In this document: in pieces, positions 10,366-20,835 of the stretch
How the letters are laid out: every line of letters starts with the position of its first letter
How positions within the stretch are numbered: the stretch's first letter is position 1
Source: Rhynchopus sp. YZ270_cl-10
Lineage: Eukaryota
Assembly: GCA_964035575.1 (NCBI GenBank)
Contig: OZ037833.1
Span: 930,001-994,000, forward strand
Direction: 5' to 3'
DNA: 64,000 bases
Made by a program: the position numbers and the translations under genes
Notes under the pieces: model-generated
What the model was told of the DNA's origin: nothing
Databases searched by the model: none
Seen by the model: only the letters and a program-made list of their open reading frames with translations

Positions 10366-12270
10366 TTAAATAATCGGGGGTTGGTAAAGATAAGCTTATG
10401 TACGGAGTCCAAAAAAAAATGTATTTTTTTTCCACAGCTTACTTCGCTGCTTCACTGTACTGCGGGTAGTGACGGACCTTGTGCGCACTGTATGTTTTTT
10501 TTTTTTTTTTTTTTTTGTCTTCGTTTCCAGGGTAGTAGCTTGAAAGGTGCACTTTTCAAATGTTGCTGGTTTGCTGGTTTAGAAAATTTTTTTCCCCGGT
10601 TGAAAGCGGTCGTCGCGCGCTTCGCGCGCGCCTCCCTGCCAACCACTGAGTGGAGAGGCAAAGGGTAAATTTTGCGAGACAACAAAGAAAATGGAATATA
10701 ATCCTGTGTGTACGGCGCTTGGTCTTGCACCTTCCACTAACTGTACAAAGTCAATACGTCTTCCAGAAGCAGGGGCTGTTGCAACGGTGGGTCATTTTGA
10801 AAAAATGGTCAACTTTTTGCAGCTTTGGTCAAGTTGCATTTGCGGCTGCAAAATGCAAGGGGATTCCCTAAGACATAGTAAACTCTATTTTTTGCGGAGC
10901 AAAAAATTAATATAAAGTGGCGCCGCAGGCGAAAAAAAAATTAGGGCATAGTGCAAAACATGCAGCTTTTTACACCACAGAGTCACTTAATGAACCCTTT
11001 TTAGGGGTTCGCTTACGTGTGAGACTTTCTTCTGTGAGTGGGAAAGTGGTGCGGGGGAGGCGAAAAACTGAATCCCGAATCCCACTTTTTTATTTTATTT
11101 TTCCCCAAACCAGTAAACCAGCTCGTTCTGGTTTTGAAACCAGCAAAAGCACCCAAGCTATTTCCCTGTTCGTTTCCTTGCGTTGTTATGACATGGGGAA
11201 GGGGGTTAGTAATTGATTGTTGGGGCGGGATCAAGATATGTGCACGGTGATGATGTTACTAGGGGTTTTGGGGATATAACACGCTATATTACATGTTATT
11301 TTATAACATATCATATGACATGTTACACATGTAAAATGGTGTGCGTACGTGAAATCAAAATTAGCTATTTATTGGTGCGAAAAAATAACGCGTTTATTTT
11401 TCAGCGAGTTGGTCAGTTATGGTATTTTCCAACCCGAGTGACTCTTTTTTTTTTGATTCACGAGGGATTGGAAACACTTAACTGAGTTGAAATTATGCGG
11501 TACTTTTTACAACAATACAATATTTTTATCTCCGATCTCTGTACACAAAAATCGCCCGGGGATCAAACCCTAGATGCACACAAAACCCCGTAACATACTC
11601 CCCTACAGTCTGCTAGTCAGGACACGAAATGTAGGTGACCTCAGGCTCGCGACCATATAACTTGGTCTTGTTGCGAAAGTCCATTCGCTTCATTTACTTT
11701 CTTTTTGAAAAATTGTTGGAATAGTGTAGTTGCCACATGCAAGCACCACTGTCGTTTTGTTAAAACCAATCAGAACACATCAATACAAGATTGCATCGTA
11801 ATACCCTACGTTCTAATGGAACACAGTCAAAAGGGTTTCGATCTTGATGCCCTTTTTTGGTCCATCAAAAGTTGAATTTTCATGTACTTTCAGTTCAGGA
11901 AAGGGAGAACAACAAAGCACGATGGGTCTAACAAAAAGAGAAAAAATTGAAAGATGAGTAAGCCTTACATGCATTACACATCTTGCCTCAAAAGGTATTT
12001 CAACATATGCATTCAATAAATTGATAGCATAGGAGGAGAGAAAAAAATAATGAAATAGGGAGGAAACCAGCCAAATGAGCTGAAAAAGATCGAAGATTGA
12101 CTTTTTTTCATGTTCTGGGGTGTTTTTTGTTCTTCTTCTCCACGGATTCCTTTGGAAAATTGCGAAATGCAGGGAAGGGATTGGGAAAACGAAGACGTTG
12201 ACGTTCAGGTATTGGAAGTAAATATTTGCTGAAGAGAAGGTGCACAGCAAGACACCTACACACAATGTGT

Positions 12271-12332
12271 GTCGGTGGCAACGACGGGCGGTGTGTACAA
12301 ATGGCAGGGACGTAATCAATACAAGCTGACGA
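12271..12332 (-). pseudogene. 18S rRNA 3'-region fragment
   Basis: Minus strand reads GATTACGTCCCTGCCATTTGTACACACCGCCCGTCGTTG, containing the universal 1392 site with the euglenozoan-type GCCATTTG. Only ~60 bp, with no rDNA context. Confidence 0.85.
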
Positions 12333-13187
12333 CGCATATCTACTTTTCAATGATGCACACACCGGGCCAAAAATCGAACCGGCGGACCGCTGGGCACCGC
12401 TTCTCCGCTTGGTTATCGAACCCGCCCCCAGAGAGCATTTTATTGACACGGTTGCACACAGTTTCCACAAGGGGGGTGGGGGAGGGTTGTATGCAAGTAC
12501 GGAATCATTTTTTTTTTTAAAGAAGTTTTACCAGATGAACCTAAGCCTCTCGTGATTAGTCAGATTAGATTACTTAATGTTTTTGAACATTGGTTGTTCA
12601 TCAATCTTTTTAAACCTCTCGATGCTTGGTCATCTTTTAAAAGGCTGGGTGAAGCAGTGCGCTCACAATATTGTTGGCTGTACGTTGGGCCAAAATTGTC
12701 AACAAAAAAAAAAAAGAGGGCAAACAAAATAATGAACGATGATGTGAGACTTATGTACACGGTTTCCTCACAGAGGAAAAGAATAAAAACTGATATCTGA
12801 GTTTAAAGCTGGTCTGATGAAGAAAGAATCGAAATCAGAAAAAGAATTTTTCGTTTGATCGCACCGGATTGTTGTGGAGTGTGTAGGGACAAAACCAAAA
12901 ACTTTTTTTTTTTGTGGATAAAAGTTGTGCCATGTTTACAACGCTCTCACCAAAAAAATCCGGGCACACTCAGACATGTTTTCATTTCCTCCCCTACCTT
13001 TGCAAGGTAGTTGTCTCAAGAAAAAAGGGATTACAAGATAACCCGAAGCCGTTGCCTCGCTTCGTTTACCTTGAGCACCAATAAAATGAACAAAAAAAAA
13101 ACAAACTTTTTTTTTATTCCACATCACTTTCTCTTCTTAGCGAAGGGAAAGAAATATGAAAGCGACACTAGAAAAGTCTACTACATT

Positions 13188-13654
13188 CATAGATGGTAGT
13201 CGGGCCGAGTCGGGCCGAGTCGGGCCGAGTTTTTGGAAAATCTGGGAGTCGGGCCGACTCGGGCCGACTTTTTTTTTTTTTTTTTTTTCAAAAGTCGGGC
13301 CGACTCGGGCCGAGTCGAAAAAAAATTTTTTTAAAAAAAAAAAGTCGGCCCGAGTCGAAAAAAAAACTCGGGCCGAGTCGGCCCGACTCGGGTCCCGTCG
13401 GCCCCCTCACAGTAAAATCTTTTCCAAAAAAAAAAAAAACCAAAAAAAAACAAAACAAAAAAAAAAAAACCCCAAAAAAAAAAACCAAAAAAAATTCGAC
13501 TCGGCCCGACTCGGGCCGACTTTTTTTTGAGTCGGGCCGAGTTTTTTCGACTCGGCCCGACTCGGGCCGACCCTGAAAAAAAAATTTTTCAAAAAAAAAA
13601 TAACGAAAAGTGGTCGGCCCGAGTCGGCCCGACTCGGCCCGACTACCATCTATG
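13188..13654. mobile_element. Foldback MITE with 6-bp TSD and (GAGTCGGGCC)n subterminal repeats
   Basis: Termini CATAGATGGTAGTCGGGCCGAG ... CTCGGCCCGACTACCATCTATG. TACATT flanks both ends (13182-13187 and 13655-13660). Confidence 0.85.
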
Positions 13655-14177
13655 TACATTTTCTCACAACAAAAAAAAAAAAAAAAAGATCGGGTCTTTT
13701 GTTTGTGCGCTCAAAGCCGGGAAAACAAAAAGGTGAAAAAATGTGTTAAACTGAAGTACGGTTGTTGTGGTTAATTGAGTACTCAAAGAAAACAAGCAAG
13801 CTTCTGTTTTTTCAATCCGTTTTGTTTGCCCTGCAGCGCTGCCTCCAATCTTTTTAGAATTGACAACAAGTTGTTTTATCAAAAAAAACACATAACAAAA
13901 CTCTAACATTCTGCCCTGGAAACGTTTACACAGATCTGCACATTTGAAGAGAAAAAAACAACTCGGAAACACAAAAAAAAAAAAAAGTTCACAAAATGCA
14001 ACCCAAAGCCACAGTAACATCACAGACGCTTTCAGCACTAATGAAGGAACCTACTCACAGGGTGCCATTACCATCGTTGATAGAGCACAGGTCTTGATGT
14101 AAGATGTTTGACCCACAGCCAACGCTATGACATTACGCCATCAAAAAAAACTGTGGCACCTTACAACCTGAGCTCTG

Positions 14178-14268
14178 GATCCAACTACGAGCTTTTTAAC
14201 AGCCAACAGCATTGATACACGCTATTGGTACTGGAATTACTATACTGGCACCGTACTTTTCCACCAAT
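14178..14268 (-). pseudogene. Degenerate 18S rRNA fragment (conserved region upstream of V4)
   Basis: Plus strand GATCCAACTACGAGCTTTTTAAC...CGCTATTGGTACTGGAATTAC...CTGGCACC matches the reverse complement of the conserved SSU 550-620 region, with substitutions and a deletion. Partly duplicated at 14286-14331. Confidence 0.8.
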
Positions 14269-14524
14269 CGATAATCGATAACAACCTGTGGTACCTTACC
14301 ATATTTGAGCTCTGAATCCAACTAGGAGCTTTATCTATAAGACCTAAAAAGATAATGATAGCTGTAAGTACCAGAAGTGAAAATGCCTCTTGTGAACGAA
14401 GTCACCGCATCTCCGTTCTTATTGGTTATCGAAAACCATGGAGGGATCACTTCGTTGATGTAGTGTACATCAAGGGGGATGCTGCACACGGGCCTAAAGA
14501 AAACGACACAAGCAGAGCTTTTAA

Positions 14525-16124
14525 CCCTATAAGAGCCAAGAGCCACTTTAATGGCTTTCGAAATGACGCCATGATTTTAGACAGGTTCAACTCATTTTCG
14601 TAAAAACATTTTTTTTATGTGGAAATAATTTGCACCGATCTTTCAAAAGAAGCAAGAGTCGAAAACTTTTGTGCATCTGATATTAGTTTCGGTGCTGGGG
14701 GCCATGGTGCTACTTTCACCAAAAGTGACGTTTTTTCACCCACACCCCAAATATGTACCTTTCGCGATACCCAATGCCTACAAGCCCTTAGTCGGGTTCT
14801 ACCCATTTTTGTGAACACATATTTTTATATATTTCGAAAGATTTTTCGCCGATCTTTCAAAAGAAGCAAGAATCGAAAACTTTTATGCATCGGATATTAC
14901 TTTCGATGCTGGGGGGAGGCGGGGTGGGGGTGTGGGCACCCCTGTGACCCCCCCACATTCTAAAATCTGTAGGACAACGTGCTCTGACATAGGGTCTACT
15001 CATTTTCGTAAAAACATTTTTTTTATGTGGAAAGAATTTGCACCGATCTTTCAAAAGAAGCAAGAATCGAAAACTTTTATGCATCGGATAATACTTTCGA
15101 TGCTGGGGGGAGTCGTGCCACTTTTCAAAGCCCTTTGGACGAGCACCCCCTATTCTGGTTCCTCAATGACACCCCATGCTCTGTATGAGGTTCTACTCGT
15201 TTTCGTGAAAATATTTTTATATATTTCAAAGATTTTGACACGAATCTTTCAAAAGAAACAAAAATCGAAAACTTTTACGCATCCGATTGCACTTTGGATC
15301 TGTGGACTGCTACCCACCCAAGAGGCACCCTTTTGACCCGAAGGACATGGTTATGGCTAAGGGTCATCATGATCTGACAATGGTTCTGCTTATTTTCGTA
15401 AAAATCCTTTGGTTTATGGGGAAACTATTTGACTCAAATCTTTTAAAATAAGCAAAAATCGAAAACCTTTGTGCATCTGTTTGCCATTTGGATGCTGGGG
15501 CGAGTTGCCACCAAAACCACGAAAACACCCCACACACACGACCTATGCAGAGCACACAGTAAGCCGAATTTTCACTGTTTTTTCGTATTTCGGGGTGCTT
15601 TTTTCATGGATTTTCGGGTCACAGGGTCGTTCCGACCCATTCTGGGGGCTTTCGACCTCAGGAGATGCCCAAATTGTGAAAAATCGCCCATTTTTTACGT
15701 TTTTAGACATGTTTCAGTGTAAATCGTTCAGGAAATCAGTTTTAGACATGGCTGCTAACAGAGCTGCACTCATATAAGTTGGGTTCTACTAGGACTTTTT
15801 GCTCGATTTTTTTTTCTTTGAAAAGATTTTGTGAACAATCTTTCAAATAACGCCATTTTCGGACAGAAATAATTTACGTGTTTTTCCTCGGCCGGCCGAA
15901 TGAGTAAAAAACCAAAAAGTGGATTTTATGCTCACCTCATTTTGGGGATAACATTTTTTTTCGAAAAAAAACTTAAAAATATGGAATTGAAAGCCGTGTT
16001 CAAAATCTTTCAATTGCGGCCAGGTACGATCAAAAATTTGCATCTGGGGTCCCTTTACCGGTTGGAGAGCCCCAAAAACCAAAACTCAAAAGTGGCTTGA
16101 AAATATGGCTTGGCTCTTATAGGG
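14525..16124. mobile_element. Non-autonomous piggyBac-like element
   Basis: TTAA|CCCTATAAGAGCCAAG ... CTTGGCTCTTATAGGG|TTAA (16-bp TIR, TTAA TSD). About five degenerate ~200-bp internal tandem units (14590-15520). No transposase ORF. Confidence 0.85.
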
Positions 16125-16355
16125 TTAAAAAGATTTACCAGGGGGGAATTTGGGTGTCCTGGGGTTTGGGCTGCACAACATCTATCTAGAAGGAGGGGGA
16201 CATAACTAATGCAACAGAACAGATCAGAGCAAAAAGGGGGTTTTTTTTTTGGGAAGCAAGCAACACACACACACAGAGGCACACTGACCTGAGGCTCTTT
16301 TTTTGAAAAAAAAAGAAAACGTTGTTGGGAGTCCGGGACATTTTTTTCTCTTCCC

Positions 16356-18122
16356 TCAATAGTCAACCGAGTCGCGCGATACGGGTGTACTCCCCACTAC
16401 GCCACCTCTGCCTAGGAAGGGTCCGCATTCGTCGTAAGAGCTCCTGAGTGAAGGGGTTTGTTTTTTGAAAACTTGGTTGTATTAGTGTAGCCACCCGAGG
16501 ATGAACTCCACTATTGTTTTTGTTTGAAAACTTGGTTGTTTTAGTGTAGACACCTGAAGATGTACTCCACTATCTGTTTGTTTTATTTATTTATTTTGCT
16601 AATTCGAAGCACGGCTCTCGCCAATCACCCCTTTTGGCCAAAAACGGCGGTGATTTGGGGTCCCGAGCTTTCCCTTTGTAAAAGCGGTCGCTTCCAGCGA
16701 GGTGACGCTTTCTCCCCTCTGATGCACAAAAATCGTGACAAGCGGGATGGGGAGGGTGAACCACGCTGGTGTCAGCCTTATCAGTAACCTCACATATCTA
16801 ACGTAGACACCTGAAGGATGACCTACACCTTTTTTTTTCTTTTTTTGATAAATTGTTGTAGTGTAGTTGCCTCGGTTGTGTTGCCACGGTTTTGTGCAAA
16901 TCTCCACTGTCAATTTTTTTTTTTTGAAAATAACATACGATGATTCGCCGTCAGAAGAGTCTGGCGGTGCGAAGACGATGCGGTGCGATTTCTTCTCGAC
17001 CATGATGATCTGCGTCGTGCACCCCCAGAGCAGGTCGAGGTGCGCCTGCTGCACCTTCAGGGGCAGGTTCAGCAGAGACGACGGGACGGAGGAGGCATCG
17101 TCCATCTCTGCTGGGTTGCTCTGCGGGGTACACGTCTGATTGAAGCGGCTGGACCTACCAGCAATCGTATTTGCATTGCTATCGCACGCTACCGAACCAT
17201 TCATCTGAGGCGTTGCGTGCGAATACTGCGAAATAGACGTCCTTGGTGTCCCCACCTTGCTGGTTCCCACAGAACCTTGAGGCGCGCGGGTGTAAATGTC
17301 TTTTCTACAGAAATATACAAGAAAGTTCACCACCGGTAGCAACGGAGAGGCCACGCTAATAAACTGCGCCCAACTATCCCCACAGGTCAGCCCCCACCAC
17401 CCCACAACCTGCATGATACCAGGCAGCCCTCTCACCGCAATCGACACCGCCATAGCGAACAGTCTATGCGGCCAGACCCCGCCTCTGTTCTTCCCATACT
17501 TCACTAAGATGCCACCCAAAACGCAGACGGAGACGATGATAAAGGTGATTGCGGTGACAGTTAATACACTGTGCGCGAAGTGGCTCATATCTGTCTCATC
17601 ATGAGCTGACGAAGGGCATGGTGAGGTGAACCTCCAGGCTCCAATCATCATCATGGCTATGGCAGGACCTGATAGCGCGGCGAAGATGAGAAATCCCATT
17701 GCGGTGCGCGAGACGATCCCAAAACTGTAGAAATTGTATGCATCAAGGAGCACCAAAAGAGACAACATGAACATCCAAAACAACGCGGAGAACTGCACAC
17801 TCACCCTCGCCCACTCCACGAGCCTGCAGCTGCTTTCATGTGAAATATACGTATCATGGTGCGTCTTAGAAGGCGCCAACACTGCCCACCACAAACTACT
17901 AAAAAAATCCGCCACCGCGACAGCCTGAAGCCCACGATGTGCTAACGAAGTCATATTCTTTCGTACCATTATAATGACCACCTGCGCCACAGCACAGACA
18001 CACCCTGCAATGCCAAGACCAATAATCACCCCATCGGGATTCACCCATTCTGCAGACCCAAACTCCTCACCTAAAACCCATGCATGGTCGCAGACAGTAG
18101 GCTCGCTGAAGGAGGCGGACAT
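16356..18122 (-). CDS. Seven-TM receptor, cAMP-receptor/GCR1-like GPCR (~423 aa, 2 exons)
   Basis: About seven hydrophobic segments, AVADFFSSLW in TM2 and CRLVEWARVSVQFSALFW in TM3. Exon 1 18122-16939 ends at a GTATGT donor. Probable exon 2 16443-16356 (CAG acceptor, phase-compatible, SSYDECGPFLG...DY*). An alternative acceptor near 16720 is possible. Confidence 0.7.
16847..16912. repeat. Dispersed family D/E, representative copy
   Basis: GATAAATTGTTG..TAGTGTAG[variable]CTCCACT between T-runs. About 11 copies. Confidence 0.8.
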
Positions 18123-18356
18123 TGTATAGGAGGGAGAGGGGGTGTTTACGCGTTGGGTATGGAAAAGAAATGGAAAAGAAAAAAGAGGAGAAGAAAAAGA
18201 GAGAGAAAAAAAGAGAGAAAAGCGGGGAGGTAGTCTAAAGGACCCCCGTTGCCTTTGAACCCCCTCCAGGAGTGGAGGGGAGTTTTTTTATTTGAATAAA
18301 AGGTCTGTAGGATGGAGGATGGGTGATATTGTTTTAAAAAGTGTGTAATGAGGGAG

Positions 18357-18647
18357 CACGACGGGACCCAGTGACAAGTGACAAGTGACAAGTGACAAGT
18401 GACAAGTGACAAGTGACAAGTGACAAGTGACAAGTGACAAGTGACAAGTGACAAGTGACAAGTGACAAGTGACAAGTGACAAGTGACAAGTGACAAGTGA
18501 CAAGTGACAAGTGACAAGTGACAAGTGACAAGTGACAAGTGACAAGTGACAAGTGACAAGTGACAAGTGACAAGTGACAAGTGACAAGTGACTTGTCATG
18601 ACAAGTCATTTACTTGTCATTTTCACTTGTCACTGGGTCCCGTCGTG
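18357..18647. mobile_element. TIR element carrying an expanded (GTGACAA)n array
   Basis: Termini CACGACGGGACCCAGTGACAAGTGA ... TCACTTGTCACTGGGTCCCGTCGTG. About 31 copies of the 7-mer at the left end. No clear TSD. Confidence 0.75.
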
Positions 18648-19048
18648 GGGGGAAGAGGGAGGGGGGGTGGGAGTGAGAGAAGGAGGGCAGAAGAAGAGAA
18701 AAAAATGCCTCCCCTACATTTTTCATTTTTGCGGAGTAATTTTTTTTTTTCTCCAAAGGATCCAAAGTTTTTTTGGATCCTTTGCGTTGGATCCGTGAAA
18801 GTAATGTATATCGGGAAAAAACGTTCATTGTTCTTAGAAAGAAAGTTGCTTAAAACAGCATAATACACCCATGCGTTTACCAGTACGGTGTGCTGCCGAT
18901 TGCTCTCTCTCTCTCTCTCTCTCTTTCTATGCTAAAGTTAAACCCGCGGAATTCGCGTTGTTTAAAATAATACCAGGGGGGAAATTGGAGTGAAATCGTA
19001 ACATGTCGCAATGTGCTTTGGGGAAAATACCATGGGGAGGGGGGTCTG

Positions 19049-19140
19049 TAATGGTGGCAGTATTGCGATGGGAGCCCATTGGACGCAAAATACATCAAAA
19101 ATACAATGTTCCAATGGGCTCCCATCGCAATACTGCTACC
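19049..19140. mobile_element. hAT-like MITE (copy 1)
   Basis: Hairpin GGTGGCAGTATTGCGATGGGAGCCCATTGG / CCAATGGGCTCCCATCGCAATACTGCTACC. GGGGTCTG at 19041-19048 and 19142-19149. Homologous to 58589-58715. Confidence 0.75.
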
Positions 19141-19842
19141 GGGGGTCTGAGACACAATCATAGAGTCGCAAACAATATCATAAGAAGTTTGTAAAGGAGG
19201 GGGGTGACATGGTGCCAGAGAGGGGAAAAGAAGAAATGTTTATTGAGATGGACCTAAGCCTCTCGTGTTTAGTCACCTTAAAAAAAAAAGAAAGTGAAGT
19301 GAAGTATGCAGGCACACCTCCGACTGACCCACATTCGAATGCCAGCCCCGGATGAAAAGCACAAAAGAAAAGAAAAGTTTTGTTGGATGAACCTAAGCCT
19401 CTCGTGTTTACGTTCATCATGGCTTAGTCACCAAAGAAGAAGAAAAACCCCATATTTGAGGAGAGTGTTGGTGGTCCATCACACCACACCTGGTTTGTGT
19501 TAAATTAATTTTCATTTTTTTTTTTTTTTTTGTTGTATCGACAATCACGTTTACACATTGGTATAAACTATCTCTATTCAAATGCCGAAGCCTTTGTACA
19601 AACCTTTCTTTTTTTCGAACAATATCATATTTTTGAAAGTCATCGCCACGATTCCCCCCCCTCCCACGAGAGGATACAGTCTCTCCCCTTCGTGGGAAAA
19701 AAAAAAGAAAAGAAAGAGGGGGAATTTATTGAAAAGACAAGAATTGTGTCCTTATCGGCACCACACCGGGGGGGAAAACCACTCTTATTTTACCCCCCAA
19801 CATTTTGTTTTAAAATTTTTCAACAAAAAATATAGAAACACC

Positions 19843-20835
19843 TCACAGCTTTGCGGAAGAGGCAAGACGGGAGTTCATGCGGACGATTGTCTCTTCGGCT
19901 TCGTCTGCAATTCTCTTGCAGAGCTCGGCGCAGGTTGGAATGTCGTTGATGAGGCCGAGCACCTGTCCACATGACCAGACCGAGGAGTTCACATCCCCCG
20001 TCTCCTGGAAGGACTTACGGTAGTTGTCGCCCTTGATGAATGGGTAGATCACCGAGATCTCACCGGGGTTCTTCGCCTCGAGGTCACGCACCTTCATGGA
20101 GGTTTCATTCTTGAAGACACGCTCGGTGTTCTTGAGCGAGCGGAGCACGAGGGTGGTGCTGCGCTCATCTGCCTTGACCATAGCTTGCTTGATGTTGTCG
20201 TGGATGGGGGCCTCCTTTGTTGCCATGAAGCGGGTCCCCATGTTGACACCGCAGGCGCCCATGGCGATGGCGGCGGCAAGCTGGGAGCCGTCTCCACATC
20301 CTCCGGAGGCGAGGAAGGGGATGTCGAGCTGCTTGCCTGCCTTCGCAAGGAGGATCCAGTTGCCGACGTCCTCCTCTCCGGGGTGGCCGCCACATTCGAA
20401 GCCGTCCATGGAGATCATGTCCGCACCGTGACGCTGTGCGGTGAGCGCGTGGCGCAGGGCCACACATTTGTGGATGACGTAGATGCCCGCCTTCTTCAGC
20501 GTCTTGATCACCTGCTCGGGGTTGCGTCCAGCGGTCTCCACCACCTTGATCCCTTCTTCGATGACGACCCGGATGATACCCTCAAAGTCGGGCTTGGCTC
20601 CAACAGGGAGCAGCGTGATGTTCACACCAAACGGCTTTGTGGTCAGCGTACGGCATTTCTGGATCTCCCTGCGGAGCGCCTCCGCGTTCGGCTGGGTCAG
20701 TGCGGTGATGATGCCGAGACCTCCGGCATTGCTGACAGCGGCAGCGAGGCTGGCGTACCCAACATAGTGCATCCCCCCCTGCACAATGGGGTACTTGATG
20801 CCAACAGCCTTCGTGAGTGCGGTGACGAGAACCAT
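19843..20835 (-). CDS. Nitronate monooxygenase / 2-nitropropane dioxygenase (FabK-like FMN enzyme), 330 aa
   Basis: Motifs YPIVQGGM, AVSNAGGLG, KPFGVN, DGFECGGHPGE, ASGGCGDG and MGTRF. Likely start is ATG 20835 (MVLVTALTK). Confidence 0.9.
   Translation of the reverse strand: MVLVTALTKAVGIKYPIVQGGMHYVGYASLAAAVSNAGGLGIITALTQPNAEALRREIQKCRTLTTKPFGVNITLLPVGAKPDFEGIIRVVIEEGIKVVETAGRNPEQVIKTLKKAGIYVIHKCVALRHALTAQRHGADMISMDGFECGGHPGEEDVGNWILLAKAGKQLDIPFLASGGCGDGSQLAAAIAMGACGVNMGTRFMATKEAPIHDNIKQAMVKADERSTTLVLRSLKNTERVFKNETSMKVRDLEAKNPGEISVIYPFIKGDNYRKSFQETGDVNSSVWSCGQVLGLINDIPTCAELCKRIADEAEETIVRMNSRLASSAKL

Noticed and set aside
12555..12606. C/D-box snoRNA (UGAUGA...CUGA on the minus strand)
   Set aside because: Too short, and the D box is not kept in the second copy near 30190.
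12271..14331. Functional rRNA locus
   Set aside because: Only short, mutated, out-of-order fragments.
14590..15520. CRISPR-like periodicity
   Set aside because: Whole ~200-bp units are degenerate copies with no unique spacers. They lie inside a piggyBac-like element, and there are no cas genes.
16599..16938. C-terminal part of the 507-aa ORF
   Set aside because: Follows a GTATGT donor and translates repeat families D/E/F and A-runs, so it is probably intron.
18146..18609. (SLVTCHL)n ORFs and similar ORFs at 43796-44446 and 62445-62854
   Set aside because: Translations of simple tandem repeats.
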